From: Eledone cirrhosa
Lineage: Eukaryota
Length of the DNA: 64,000 nucleotides
Direction: 5' to 3'
Assembly: GCA_964016885.1 (NCBI GenBank)
Contig: OZ024763.1
Span: forward strand, 1,364,001 to 1,428,000
The first letter of the stretch is position 1. The number at the start of each line of letters is the position of its first letter. The notes under the pieces were generated by a model that was not told the DNA's origin, searched no databases, and saw nothing but the letters and a program-made list of their open reading frames with translations. The translations under genes and the position numbers were made by a program. Positions 13,656 through 26,747 of this stretch are shown piece by piece.

Positions 13656-14252
13656 ACATTTGCTATTATATGTGTGTGTGTGTGTGTGTACATTTGCTAT
13701 TATATGTGTGTGTACATTTGCTATTATATGTGTGTGTGTGTGTATGTGTACATTTGCTATTATATGTGTGTGTGTGTGTACATTTGCTATTATATATGTG
13801 TGTGTGTGTGTACATTTGCTATTATATGTGTGTGTGTGTGTACATTTGCTATTATATATGTGTGTGTGTGTGTGTGTGTGTACATTTGCTATTATATGTG
13901 TGTGTGTGTGTGTGTACATTTGCTATTATATGTTTGTGTGTGTGTGTGTGTACATTTGCTATTATATGTGTGTGTGTGTGTGTGTACATTTACTATTATA
14001 TATGTGTGTGTGTGTGTGTACATTTGCTATTATATGTGTGTGTGTGTGTACATTTACTATTATATATGTGTGTGTGTGTGTGTACATTTGCTATTATATG
14101 TGTGTGTGTGTGTGTACATTTACTATTATATATGTGTGTGTGTGTGTGTGTGTGTACATTTGCTATTATATATGTGTGTGTGTGTACATTTGCTATTATA
14201 TGTGTGTGTGTGTGTGTGTGCATTTGCTATTATATGTGTGTGTGTGTGTGTG
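12640..14252. repeat. Two adjacent GT-rich minisatellites: (gt)n-acacttttgataat (12640-13370) and (gt)n-acatttgctattatat (13500-14252)
   Basis: Direct inspection. Confidence 0.95.
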
Positions 14253-14297
14253 TTTGATGATTGATCAATTGTTGATATTTTTGTCTTGTATTTGCAG

Positions 14298-14472
14298 ACA
14301 AAACGGATTGATACTCCGATCAAGTCAAGTTCGACGGAAGCTCAAGTGACCAGTACCTTATCATCTCAGCATGGCCCATACGGTGGTGAAAGGATGACAC
14401 CACGTCCATACCCTGGTCATGATACTCCTGCCCTCCGGCAGCTCAGTGAATATGCCCGGCCTCATACACTAG
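14298..14472 (+). CDS. RERE: Atrophin/RERE exon b (phase 0 to 1): TKRIDTP...YPGHDTPALRQLSEYARPHTL
   Basis: ttgcAG acceptor, GTACGA donor. Contains the atrophin signature DTPALRxLSEYARPH. Confidence 0.95.
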
Positions 14473-14776
14473 GTACGACTACTTTCCCCATTCATCGACT
14501 CCAATTTTACTTTGTTTTTATGTCAACCTTTCCATGCTCGCTTGTGTTGGTCGGGGGGACTACCTTGAGGATAGATATTGAGTACCAAGTTGACTAATGG
14601 TGTAATTTATGAGAACTGGTAACTTCTAATATAGGTATATATCTATCTATATATATTATGGAAGCTCTGAACATAAGTTTATTGAACTTTTACTGAGAAA
14701 CATTACCTTTATATATTTTATATGTATTTATCAAACATAAAATTAATTTATATATATATATATATAAACGCCCCTT

Positions 14777-15192
14777 TCAATGTAAAGTTATGTTGGTCCC
14801 ACAACATCCAGGCCGAAACAAATGAGATCGTGTAGGTGTCACGACAAAACAACACAGAGTCCACGCTGTAAATGTGGCCGTGTAGGCAACACGGTAAAAA
14901 CCTCCCAGCCCCACACTGTAAATGTGGTTGGTGTTAGGAAGGGCATCCAGCTGTAGAAAACCCGCCAGACAGTCCACGCTGTAATGTGGCCGTGTAGGCA
15001 ACATGGTAAAAACCTCCCAGTCCCACACTGTAAATGTGGTTGGTGTTAGGAAGGGCATCCAACTGTAGAAAACCCGCCAGACAGTCCTATGCGAGCAAGA
15101 CAACCACTCTTGCCTCAAGTGGGAAAACCCCCGTCCAAACCCATGCAAGCGTGGAACACGGACGCTAAACCTGATGATGATGATGATGATGA

Positions 15193-15195
<3 letters not shown>
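14777..15195 (+). mobile_element. RTE LINE 3' UTR fragment with an internal ~120-bp duplication
   Basis: Matches the reverse complement of the LINE 3' UTR; the gtccacgctgta...ccagacagtcc segment occurs twice. Confidence 0.8.
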
Positions 15196-15247
<52 letters not shown>

Positions 15248-16415
15248 CAGTAGTACCTTGACTTATGAGTGTCCCAACTAACGAGTTTTTCGAGATACGA
15301 GCCGTATCTCGGCCGATTTTTTTGCTGTGAGTTGCGAGCTAAAACCTGGGTTAAGAGCCAGCTTCAGACATCCCTCCGCTAGTTGGCGTAGCGACTGACA
15401 AAGTGAACGTTGTAACATCCGCCCAGCATCCCATAGGTCCGAAGAAAATGAGCGCGAAGGACAGTGCTGAGAAGAAGAAACGGATGATGTGCATTAAATT
15501 AAAGAAATACGAAGCAGGGCAATAAAGATAGACGGTAGCCACGGAATAGGCAGACCTAGAAAAACCTGGGACGAGCTGATAAACTCCGACCTCACACACT
15601 TACACCTCTCCAAGACAATGTCACTGGACCGAGACCTTTGGCGGTACTCAGTAACAGAGAAGACCCGCCTTACCTAAATACATAGTAAAACCTACTACAG
15701 CCAGTAGGCATCTCTAACAAAATACCCCCCCGTCCCACCACCGCCACCCCATCCACACCACCCCATTCTATGTAAAGTTATGTTGGTGCCACACCATCCA
15801 GGCCGAAACAAATGAGATCGTGTAGGTGTCACGACAAAAAAACACACAGTCCACGCTGTAATGTGGCCGTGTAGGCAACACGGTAAAAACCTCCCAGACC
15901 CACACTGTAAATGTGGTTGGTGTTAGGAAGGGCATCCAACTGTAGAAAACCTGCCAGACAGTCCTATGCGAGCAAGACAATCACTCTTGCCTCAAGTGGG
16001 ACTACCCCCGTCCAAACCCATGCAAGCGTGGAACACGGACGTTAAACGTTGATGATGATGATGAAAGAAATTAATAATAGTCGACTTGGCGAAGCAGTAC
16101 GAGTGTAGCTCTTTTACAATCTGCACCGTACCGAAGCAGGAGGAGTGGATAAAGTCTATAACCCCAGCCAAGAGAGTTAAAATAATTTCTAAACAGCGGA
16201 CATCTATCCATGAAAATATGGAAAAGCTGCTGATAGTGTGCTTGACGGAGAAGCAGCTTGCAGGAGATACCAAGACGGAGACTATAATCTGCATGAGGGC
16301 ACCACCTATTTACGCTGATTTGCTGCAGCAGACCCCAGGTACTTCGACATACGAGTAATTTGAGTTACCAGCTCCGTCACGGAACGAATTAAACTCGTAA
16401 GTCAAGGTACCACTG
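15248..16415 (+). mobile_element. Tigger/pogo-like DNA transposon relic (internally deleted)
   Basis: TIRs cagtagtaccttgacttatgagt / actcgtaagtcaaggtaccactg with TA flanks. CENP-B-like N-terminal remnants (DLAKQY..TICT..; MEKLLIVCLTEKQLAGD). Confidence 0.85.
15514..16063 (+). mobile_element. 5'-truncated young copy of the RTE LINE nested inside the Tigger-like element
   Basis: Nearly identical to the reverse complement of 28358-28909, including the ORF end (GRPRKTWDELINSD...KTRLT*). Confidence 0.9.
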
Positions 16416-16686
16416 TATATATATTTGTTTTGCAAGGTTTTTGATATGAAATCGTGTGTTGAAACAAATATTGTTATACTTGGGGAGGGTCATATTGTTG
16501 TAATAATATTGACAGAAATAATAATACGACCCTCCCCAAGTATAACAATATTTGTTTCGACACACGATTTCATATCAAAAACCTTGCAAAACAAATATAT
16601 ATATATATAAAATTTTCGCTCTACGCAAGAGCAAGAAGGAGGGGCACATTCCACTGACATGGCTTTAAAAATGAGGCTTGTTTGCA

Positions 16687-16727
<41 letters not shown>

Positions 16728-16940
16728 GTGCACGCACACACACACACACTTCTTCACCCATTTATACCTGAGTGGGTTGTTGAGGTAGAGTTGTCAAACA
16801 CTCCTAGCAGGTCCTGTGAGAAGCAACCTTCACTAACTGCTCCGGCTGGACCCCCAACCTTATGGTTGTTATCCCACCATCTTGCTCGGGTTATACCCCC
16901 GGGTCTCTTGACGGTCGGCTCTGCCCCTAAAACACACACT

Positions 16941-16979
<39 letters not shown>

Positions 16980-17151
16980 GTAAAAGGTAAACAGAAATAA
17001 TACAAAAATTGGTACAGTATATGCAAGGGATATATTAGGTGAACGCTTGAAATAGAAGGAAGAGGGTCTTAATATTTTGGACGCTAGTCCTTCATGTGTG
17101 CGTGTGTAACATTTAGTTACTATTGGTTCACCAGTTTGAACACTCAATACC

Positions 17152-17197
<46 letters not shown>

Positions 17198-17229
17198 AGA
17201 TCAAAAGATGGTTAAAGGAGTTCCATGTA

Positions 17230-17296
17230 TTTTATTATGCGCATTTCAAAAACAAACATCATCATGCAATAATATTTGTGTTTTCATCAGATAAAA
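17230..17296 (-). ncRNA. Type I hammerhead with a ~15-bp stem II
   Basis: Minus strand: TTTTAT CTGATGA AAACACAAATATTATT gcat GATGATGTTTGTTTTT GAAA TGCGCA TA ATAAAA. Confidence 0.8.
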
Positions 17297-17603
17297 CAGG
17301 AGAACATGATATGAAGGCTAAAAAACACTTGTGGATAGTGCAGTTTTAAATCAACATATGAAAAGTGGTTTTAGATTGATGTGTGATATTGGGAAAAATA
17401 TTTTATTTAGAGAGGGGGGGTGGAAAGGATGAAAAAGGGGAGGAGATGAGAGGGAGAGATGGGTGATAGAGAGAAAGAGATAGTTTTTATAACTGAGAGG
17501 AGATATATTGTTTTACATAGAGAGGTTGAAAACCGTTGGAAGATAATGTATAAATTATCCGATATCTGCATTGCTTTATTGTACTACAATAAAACTCACC
17601 TCC

Positions 17604-17645
<42 letters not shown>

Positions 17646-17678
17646 AGCTAGTGTGGAAAAATGGACGTTAAACGGTGA

Positions 17679-17720
<42 letters not shown>

Positions 17721-17833
17721 CTGATGAGCAATTTCAGACATCTGTGTCGACCTCGTCTGTCTTCGTGAAACCTTTGGTAAATGGAATAATTGTCTTATGT
17801 TGTTTATTACATAACTATATATATATATATATA

Positions 17834-17866
<33 letters not shown>

Positions 17867-17871
17867 GTGTG

Positions 17872-17946
<75 letters not shown>

Positions 17947-18067
17947 GGTGTTGGATGCTTAAAGCGTCCGTTTGCAGTAGGCCGTTCGAGCACTCAATGC
18001 TCTCATAGAGCAGAGTATGATATCACAGAAAAAAAGAGATTCAGTGTTGCGACGAATGGAATTTATT

Positions 18068-18165
18068 AGACATATTACAATTGTTTCTCTGGCAACCAGT
18101 TCGAGACACGATCGATGTGATGATCGAACCTGACTCTGAAAATCGCAAGGTCCTCAGATACATCT
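18068..18165 (-). ncRNA. Type I hammerhead with extended stem II (same family as 9834-9925)
   Basis: Minus strand: AGATGTAT CTGAGGA [long hairpin] GAAA CAATTG TA ATATGTCT. Confidence 0.7.
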
Positions 18166-19159
18166 TGATTCTATGAAGCAGATTTTCCTAAAGAAATATA
18201 TATATATATATATTTATTTATTTATTTATATATATACATCTATCTATCTATCTAAGGCGGGTAAAATTCCCGAGATCCATGGACGAGTTCTCTCCAGCGG
18301 TCTATGTCCCTCATTATCGCTGCCATGTCCTGTGTCTCCAACAGAGGAAGACCAAGGTTAACATATATATACATATATATATAAATATCTATGTTTTCAT
18401 ATATAATACACTGTATGTATCATCATCATCATCATCACCGTTTTACGTCCGTTCTTCCACGCTAGCATGGGTTAGACGGGTTGTCCTGTTGTGGGCAGTG
18501 TCTGGTCGGCTGACCATGCCTTGCTCATACAGGAACTGATCTGGCTTGATTTCTACAGCTGGATGCCCTTCCTAACACCAACCTCATTTACAGTGAGTGC
18601 TGGGTGCTTTTTCGTGGCGCCTACACGTCCACTTTACAGTGTGGGCTGGGTGCTTTTTTGCCGTGGCACCTCCACGGCCACCTTGCGGTGGAGGGGGGGG
18701 GGGGGCATATTGTTTATATGCTTCAGCATGTACCCATGGGAGGTCGGGTACCCTGTATTACTGCGTGACGCCAGAAGTCATGTATATTTAAAATAACAGT
18801 ATTTAACAGCATCCACACATACACATGGAAAGTCTACTGCCCTGGTCAGTGCTGACCTGTCCAGCCCATGCTAGCAGGGGGGAAATGGCCACAAAATGCT
18901 GAAGATGAAACTGTTGTTAGAACTAAAGTGGTGAACTCTCCCTGTGTAAACTACATCAAACATTTACACACACGCACACACACACACACACTGACTGGTG
19001 TCAGGTGTCTTAGACACTGGCATCTTGTCGTTGCCATAGTTACCAAACCTCATCCATACTCACTATTTTTCTAACTGTTGCCAATGGTTACTGAAGAGTA
19101 ACTCATAAATTTTTGAGTGTTTTTTTTTTTGTTTGTTTGTTTGTTTGTTTGTTTCTCAT

Positions 19160-19665
19160 GTATGCGTACATGTTGTACACATATACATATGTATACACAC
19201 ACACACACACACGTTGTACACATATACATATGTATACACACACACACGTACACATATACATATGTATACACACACACACGTACACATATACATATGTATA
19301 CACACACACACACGTTGTCCACATATACATATGTATACACACACACACGTACACATATACATATGTATACACACACACACACGTTGTACACATATACATA
19401 TGTATACACACACACACGTACACATATACATATGTATACACACACACACGTTGTACACATATACATATGTATACACACACACACGTACACATATACATAT
19501 GTATACACACACACACGTACACATATACATATGTATACACACACACGTACACATATACATATGTATACACACACACACGTACACATATACATATGTATAC
19601 ACACACACACACGTACACATATACATATGTATACACACACATACATGTTGTACACATACATATGT
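19160..19665. repeat. ~32-bp CA/TA-rich minisatellite
   Basis: Unit gtacacatatacatatgtata(ca)n. Confidence 0.9.
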
Positions 19666-19800
19666 ACTCTCCCATATAGACACACACACACACACATTCT
19701 GTACATACACAGTTAACCCGTGTCCTGAGTGCATTTTTTAATGTATTTATATATTATTAAACACACCAAATTTTTTTATTTTGTTGGATCAGTTGGAAAT

Positions 19801-22800
19801 AGTTGTTTCTTACCTGGACCCTCTGACAGGAGTGTTTTAGGACTCTGCCCCCACAACCCTCAAGAATAAGTGGGTGCAGAGAGACAGTTGTTTCTTACCT
19901 GGACCCTCTGACAGGAGTGTTTTAGGACTCTGCCCCCACAACCCTCAAGAATAAGTGGGTGCAGAGAGACAGTTGTTTCTTACCTGGACCCTCTGACAGG
20001 AGTGTTTTAGGACTCTGCCCCCACAACCCTCAAGAATAAGTGGGTGCAGAGAGACAGTTGTTTCTTACCTGGACCCTCTGACAGGAGTGTTTTAGGACTC
20101 TGCCCCCACAACCCTCAAGAATAAGTGGGTGCAGAGAGACAGTTGTTTCTTACCTGGACCCTCTGGAAGGAGTGTTTTAGGACTCTGCCCCCACAACCCT
20201 CAAGAATAAGTGGGTGCAGAGAGACAGTTGTTTCTTACCTGGACCCTCTGACAGGAGTGTTTTAGGACTCTGCCCCCACAACCCTCAAGAATAAGTGGGT
20301 GCAGAGAGACAGTTGTTTCTTACCTGGACCCTCTGACAGGAGTGTTTTGGGACTCTGCCCCCACAACCCTCAAGAATAAGTGGGTGCAGAGAGACAGTTG
20401 TTTCTTACCTGGACCCTCTGGCAGGAGTGTTTTAGGACTCTGCCCCCACAACCCTCAAGAATAAGTGGGTGCAGAGAGACAGTTGTTTCTTACCTGGACC
20501 CTCTGACAGGAGTGTTTTGGGACTCTGCCCCCACAACCCTCAAGAATAAGTGGGTGCAGAGAGACAGTTGTTTCTTACCTGGACCCTCTGACAGGAGTGT
20601 TTTAGGACTCTGCCCCCACAACCCTCAAGAATAAGTGGGTGCAGAGAGACAGTTGTTTCTTACCTGGACCCTCTGACAGGAGTGTTTTGGGACTCTGCCC
20701 CCACAACCCTCAAGAATAAGTGGGTGCAGAGAGACAGTTGTTTCTTACCTGGACCCTCTGACAGGAGTGTTTTAGGACTCTGCCCCCACAACCCTCAAGA
20801 ATAAGTGGGTGCAGAGAGACAGTTGTTTCTTACCTGGACCCTCTGACAGGAGTGTTTTAGGACTCTGCCCCCACAACCCTCAAGAATAAGTGGGTGCAGA
20901 GAGACAGTTGTTTCTTACCTGGACCCTCTGACAGGAGTGTTTTGGGACTCTGCCCCCACAACCCTCAAGAATAAGTGGGTGCAGAGAGACAGTTGTTTCT
21001 TACCTGGACCCTCTGACAGGAGTGTTTTAGGACTCTGCCCCCACAACCCTCAAGAATAAGTGGGTGCAGAGAGACAGTTGTTTCTTACCTGGACCCTCTG
21101 ACAGGAGTGTTTTGGGACTCTGCCCCCACAACCCTCAAGAATAAGTGGGTGCAGAGAGACAGTTGTTTCTTACCTGGACCCTCTGGAAGGAGTGTTTTAG
21201 GACTCTGCCCCCACAACCCTCAAGAATAAGTGGGTGCAGAGAGACAGTTGTTTCTTACCTGGACCCTCTGACAGGAGTGTTTTAGGACTCTGCCCCCACA
21301 ACCCTCAAGAATAAGTGGGTGCAGAGAGACAGTTGTTTCTTACCTGGACCCTCTGGAAGGAGTGTTTTAGGACTCTGCCCCCACAACCCTCAAGAATAAG
21401 TGGGTGCAGAGAGACAGTTGTTTCTTACCTGGACCCTCTGACAGGAGTGTTTTAGGACTCTGCCCCCACAACCCTCAAGAATAAGTGGGTGCAGAGAGAC
21501 AGTTGTTTCTTACCTGGACCCTCTGACAGGAGTGTTTTAGGACTCTGCCCCCACAACTCTCAAGAATAAGTGGGTGCAGAGAGACAGTTGTTTCTTACCT
21601 GGACCCTCTGGCAGGAGTGTTTTAGGACTCTGCCCCCACAACCCTCAAGAATAAGTGGGTGCAGAGAGACAGTTGTTTCTTACCTGGACCCTCTGACAGG
21701 AGTGTTTTGGGACTCTGCCCCCACAACCCTCAAGAATAAGTGGGTGCAGAGAGACAGTTGTTTCTTACCTGGACCCTCTGGCAGGAGTGTTTTAGGACTC
21801 TGCCCCCACAACCCTCAAGAATAAGTGGGTGCAGAGAGACAGTTGTTTCTTACCTGGACCCTCTGGCAGGAGTGTTTTAGGACTCTGCCCCCACAACCCT
21901 CAAGAATAAGTGGGTGCAGAGAGACAGTTGTTTCTTACCTGGACCCTCTGGCAGGAGTGTTTTAGGACTCTGCCCCCACAACCCTCAAGAATAAGTGGGT
22001 GCAGAGAGACAGTTGTTTCTTACCTGGACCCTCTGGCAGGAGTGTTTTAGGACTCTGCCCCCACAACCCTCAAGAATAAGTGGGTGCAGAGAGACAGTTG
22101 TTTCTTACCTGGACCCTCTGACAGGAGTGTTTTAGGACTCTGCCCCCACAACCCTCAAGAATAAGTGGGTGCAGAGAGACAGTTGTTTCTTACCTGGACC
22201 CTCTGACAGGAGTGTTTTAGGACTCTGCCCCCACAACCCTCAAGAATAAGTGGGTGCAGAGAGACAGTTGTTTCTTACCTGGACCCTCTGACAGGAGTGT
22301 TTTAGGACTCTGCCCCCACAACCCTCAAGAATAAGTGGGTGCAGAGAGACAGTTGTTTCTTACCTGGACCCTCTGACAGGAGTGTTTTAGGACTCTGCCC
22401 CCACAACCCTCAAGAATAAGTGGGTGCAGAGAGACAGTTGTTTCTTACCTGGACCCTCTGGCAGGAGTGTTTTAGGACTCTGCCCCCACAACCCTCAAGA
22501 ATAAGTGGGTGCAGAGAGACAGTTGTTTCTTACCTGGACCCTCTGGCAGGAGTGTTTTAGGACTCTGCCCCCACAACCCTCAAGAATAAGTGGGTGCAGA
22601 GAGACAGTTGTTTCTTACCTGGACCCTCTGGCAGGAGTGTTTTAGGACTCTGCCCCACAACCCTCAAGAATAAGTGGGTGCAGAGAGACAGTTGTTTCTT
22701 ACCTGGACCCTCTGGCAGGAGTGTTTTAGGACTCTGCCCCCACAACCCTCAAGAATAAGTGGGTGCAGAGAGACAGTTGTTTCTTACCTGGACCCTCTGA

Positions 22801-24385
22801 CAGGAGTGTTTTAGGACTCTGCCCCCACAACCCTCAAGAATAAGTGGGTGCAGAGAGACAGTTGTTTCTTACCTGGACCCTCTGGAAGGAGTGTTTTAGG
22901 ACTCTGCCCCCACAACCCTCAAGAATAAGTGGGTGCAGAGAGACAGTTGTTTCTTACCTGGACTCTCTGGCAGGAGTGTTTTAGGATTCTGCCTCTACAA
23001 CCCTCAAGAATAAGTGGGTGCAGAGAGACAGTTGTTTCTTACCTGTACCCACTGGAAGGAGTGTTTTAGGACTCTGCCCCCACAACCCTCAAGAATAAGT
23101 GGGTGCAGAGAGACAGTTGTTTCTTACCTGGACCCTCTGACAGGAGTGTTTTAGGACTCTGCCCCCACAACCCTCAAGAATAAGTGGGTGCAGAGAGACA
23201 GTTGTTTCTTACCTGGACCCTCTGACAGGAGTGTTTTAGGACTCTGCCCCCACAACCCTCAAGAATAAGTGGGTGCAGAGAGACAGTTGTTTCTTACCTG
23301 GACCCTCTGGAAGGAGTGTTTTAGGACTCTGCCCCCACAACCCTCAAGAATAAGTGGGTGCAGAGAGACAGTTGTTTCTTACCTGGACCCTCTGGAAGGA
23401 GTGTTTTAGGACTCTGCCCCCACAACCCTCAAGAATAAGTGGGTGCAGAGAGACAGTTGTTTCTTACCTGGACTCTCTGGCAGGAGTGTTTTAGGATTCT
23501 GCCTCTACAACCCTCAAGAATAAGTGGGTGCAGAGAGACAGTTGTTTCTTACCTGTACCCACTGGAAGGAGTGTTTTAGGACTCTGCCCCCACAACCCTC
23601 AAGAATAAGTGGGTGCAGAGAGACAGTTGTTTCTTACCTGGACTCTCTGGCAGGAGTGTTTTAGGATTCTGCCTCTACAACCCTCAAGAATAAGTGGGTG
23701 CAGAGAGACAGTTGTTTCTTACCTGTACCCACTGGAAGGAGTGTTTTAGGACTCTGCCCCCACAACCCTCAAGAATAAGTGGGTGCAGAGAGACAGTTGT
23801 TTCTTACCTGGACCCTCTGACAGGAGTGTTTTAGGACTCTGCCCCCACAACCCTCAAGAATAAGTGGGTGCAGAGAGACAGTTGTTTCTTACCTGGACCC
23901 TCTGACAGGAGTGTTTTAGGACTCTGCCCCCACAACCCTCAAGAATAAGTGGGTGCAGAGAGACAGTTGTTTCTTACCTGGACCCTCTGGAAGGAGTGTT
24001 TTAGGACTCTGCCCCCACAACCCTCAAGAATAAGTGGGTGCAGAGAGACAGTTGTTTCTTACCTGGACCCTCTGGAAGGAGTGTTTTAGGACTCTGCCCC
24101 CACAACCCTCAAGAATAAGTGGGTGCAGAGAGACAGTTGTTTCTTACCTGGACTCTCTGGCAGGAGTGTTTTAGGATTCTGCCTCTACAACCCTCAAGAA
24201 TAAGTGGGTGCAGAGAGACAGTTGTTTCTTACCTGTACCCACTGGAAGGAGTGTTTTAGGACTCTGCCCCCACAACCCTCAAGAATAAGTGGGTGCAGAG
24301 AGACAGTTGTTTCTTACCTGTACCCACTGGAAGGAGTGTTTTAGGACTCTGCCCCCGTGACATTTGCAGGAATAAGTGGGTGCAA
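19801..24385. repeat. 85-bp minisatellite, ~54 highly homogeneous copies
   Basis: Unit agttgtttcttacctggaccctctgacaggagtgttttaggactctgcccccacaaccctcaagaataagtgggtgcagagagac. Confidence 0.97.
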
Positions 24386-24437
24386 AAGAAGTGTTTTTAT
24401 TTTTACAATCATTTCTATTTTGTTTTCTTTATTTCAG

Positions 24438-24552
24438 GTCAAGATTTTGGCAGGTCTGGTCCCTATGGATTGTCCACATTACCTCCACATGTTGACCCAA
24501 TGCTACCTTACAGAATAGCCTCAACTATGTATCCAGCTGGGTCAAGAGAAAG
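24438..24552 (+). CDS. RERE: Atrophin/RERE exon c (phase 1 to 2): GQDFGRSGPYGLSTLPPHVDPMLPYRIASTMYPAGSRE
   Basis: tttcAG acceptor, GTCAGT donor; phases match neighbouring exons. Confidence 0.88.
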
Positions 24553-24631
24553 GTCAGTTAATAAATTTTCTTTAGAATCTGAGAGAGAAAAAAAATGTAT
24601 TTTATTTAATTCTATTAAATTCTATTTATGT

Positions 24632-26080
24632 GAAGACAGATGGCTTTGCGGTTAACCCTTTAGCATTTAAACTGGCCATATCCGGCCAAAATTCTCTCAC
24701 ATTTTTCTGTTCAAACCGGACATAACTGGCCTCTCATACAGATGTTAAGGTATTGTTCTCAAAATCTCATAGATTTAATGTTATGTGAGATATTATGTGA
24801 GGTAAAGCCTTTACTGTGAAAAATACAATAGTATATATAGAGTAATGTAAAAGTCATGTGAGATATTATGTGAGGTAAAGCCTTTACTGTGAAAATACAA
24901 TAGTATATATAGAGTAATGTAAATGTTATGTGAGATATTATGTGAGGTAAAGCCTTTACTGTGAAAAATACAATAGTATATATAGAGTAATGTAAAAGTC
25001 ATGTGAGATATTATGTGAGGTAAAGCCTTTACTGTGAAAATACAATAGTATATATAGAGTAATGTAAATGTTATGTGAGATATTATGTGAGGTAAAGCCT
25101 TTACTGTGAAAATACAATAGTATATATAGAGTAATGTAAATGTTATGTGAGATATTATGTGAGGTAAAGCCTTTACTGTGAAAAATACAATAGTATATAT
25201 AGAGTAATGTAAATGTTATGTGAGATATTATGTGAGGTAAAGCCTTTACTGTGAAAATACAATAGTATATATAGAGTAATGTAAATGTTATGTGAGGTAA
25301 AGCCTTTACTGTGAAAATACAATAGTATATATAGAGTAATGTAAATGTTATGTGAGATATTATGTGAGGTAAAGCCTTTACTGTGAAAAATACAATAGTA
25401 TATATAGAGTAATGTAAATGTTATGTGAGGTAAAGTCTTTACTGTGAAAATATAATAGTAAATATAGAGTAATGTAAATGTTATGTGAGATATTATGTGA
25501 GGTAAAGCCTTTACTGTGAAAATACAATAGTATATATAGAGTAATGTAAATGGTATGTGAGATATTATGTGAGGTAAAGCCTTTACTGTGAAAAATACAA
25601 TAGTATATATAGAGTAATGTAAATGTTATGTGAGATATTATGTGAGGTAAAGCCTTTACTATGAAAATATAATAGTATATATAGAGTAATGTAAATGTTA
25701 TGTGATATATTATGTGAGGTAAAGCCTTTACTGTGAAAAATACAATAGTATATATAGAGTAATGTAAATGTTAAAGGGTTAATTATTTGGCTTACAATTG
25801 TAAGATTGTGAGTTTGATTCCTGGTAACGCGTTGTGTCCTTGAACAAGACACTTTATTTCACATTGCTCCAGTCCACTCAGCTGATAAAAATGAGTTGTA
25901 CCTGTAATTCTAGGGGCCAGCCTTGTCACACTCGGTGTCACACTGAATCTCCCTAAGAACTACATTAAGTGTATGTGTGTCTGTGGAATGCTCAGCCACT
26001 TGCAAGTTAATTTCACAAGTAGGCTGTTTTGTCGATCGGATCAACTGGAATATTCGTCACCGTAGCTGACGGAGTGCCAA
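24632..26080 (+). mobile_element. Older tRNA/CORE SINE whose head is split by a piggyBac-type MITE
   Basis: Head begins gaagacagatggctttgcggTTAA and resumes after the MITE at 25783, followed by the CORE motif. Confidence 0.7.
24656..25778 (+). mobile_element. piggyBac-type MITE with an internal 72/60-bp tandem array
   Basis: TTAA on both sides; TIRs CCCTTTAGCATTTA / TAAATGTTAAAGGG. Confidence 0.85.
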
Positions 26081-26146
26081 TCATCTAATCATATATATAT
26101 GTGTGTTAGTGTGTATGTATGTATACGTGTGTGTATATATATATAT

Positions 26147-26482
26147 GGAGGCACATGGCTTAGTGGTTAGAGCGTTGGGCTTGCAATCGAAAGGTTGTGA
26201 GTTCAATTCTCAGACCGGGTGATGTGTTGTTTCCTTGAGCAAGACACTTTATTTCACATTGCACCAGTTTACTCAGCTGTAGAAATGAGATGATAGGGAC
26301 TAGGGTCCCTATCATTCCACTGCAAAGTGGTCGTGGAGGTGCCACGGCAAAAAAGCACCCAGCACTCACTGTAAATGAGGTTGGTGTTAGGAAGGGCATC
26401 CAGCTGTAGAAATCAAGCCAGAATCAGTTCCCGTCCCACCCTTGCAAGCAGGGAAAAGCGGACGTAAAGTGATGATGATGAT
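26147..26482 (+). mobile_element. CORE-SINE family A copy
   Basis: Near-identical to 2591-2928. Confidence 0.85.
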
Positions 26483-26598
26483 AGAGAGAGAGAGAGAGAG
26501 ATAGTCAGGCCCGACAGTTGAGCTCTTAATGTTTATATATAAAATACATAAAACAATATATTTATTTATTTATTATTATTTTCTGTCTGAAATTCTAG

Positions 26599-26747
26599 AC
26601 TTGAACTTGAATTAGAGCGAGACAAACGGGAACGAGATGCCCGGGAACGAGAATTACGGGAACGAGAACTGCGTGAGATGGAAATTAGAGAAAAATTCAA
26701 AGCAGATATGGAAATGAAACCTCCTGGTACCCCTGGATCAAAAATAC
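26599..26747 (+). CDS. RERE: Atrophin/RERE exon d (phase 2 to 1): RLELELERDKRERDARERELRERELREMEIREKFKADMEMKPPGTPGSKI
   Basis: ttctAG acceptor, GTAAGT donor. Arg-Glu (RE) dipeptide repeat followed by a MKPP motif, as in atrophins. Confidence 0.92.

Noticed and set aside
12371-14349. Long ORFs of 200-360 aa (also 19071-19741, 43886-44799 and the poly-YI ORFs)
   Set aside because: Translations of mini/microsatellites that are open in several frames on both strands.
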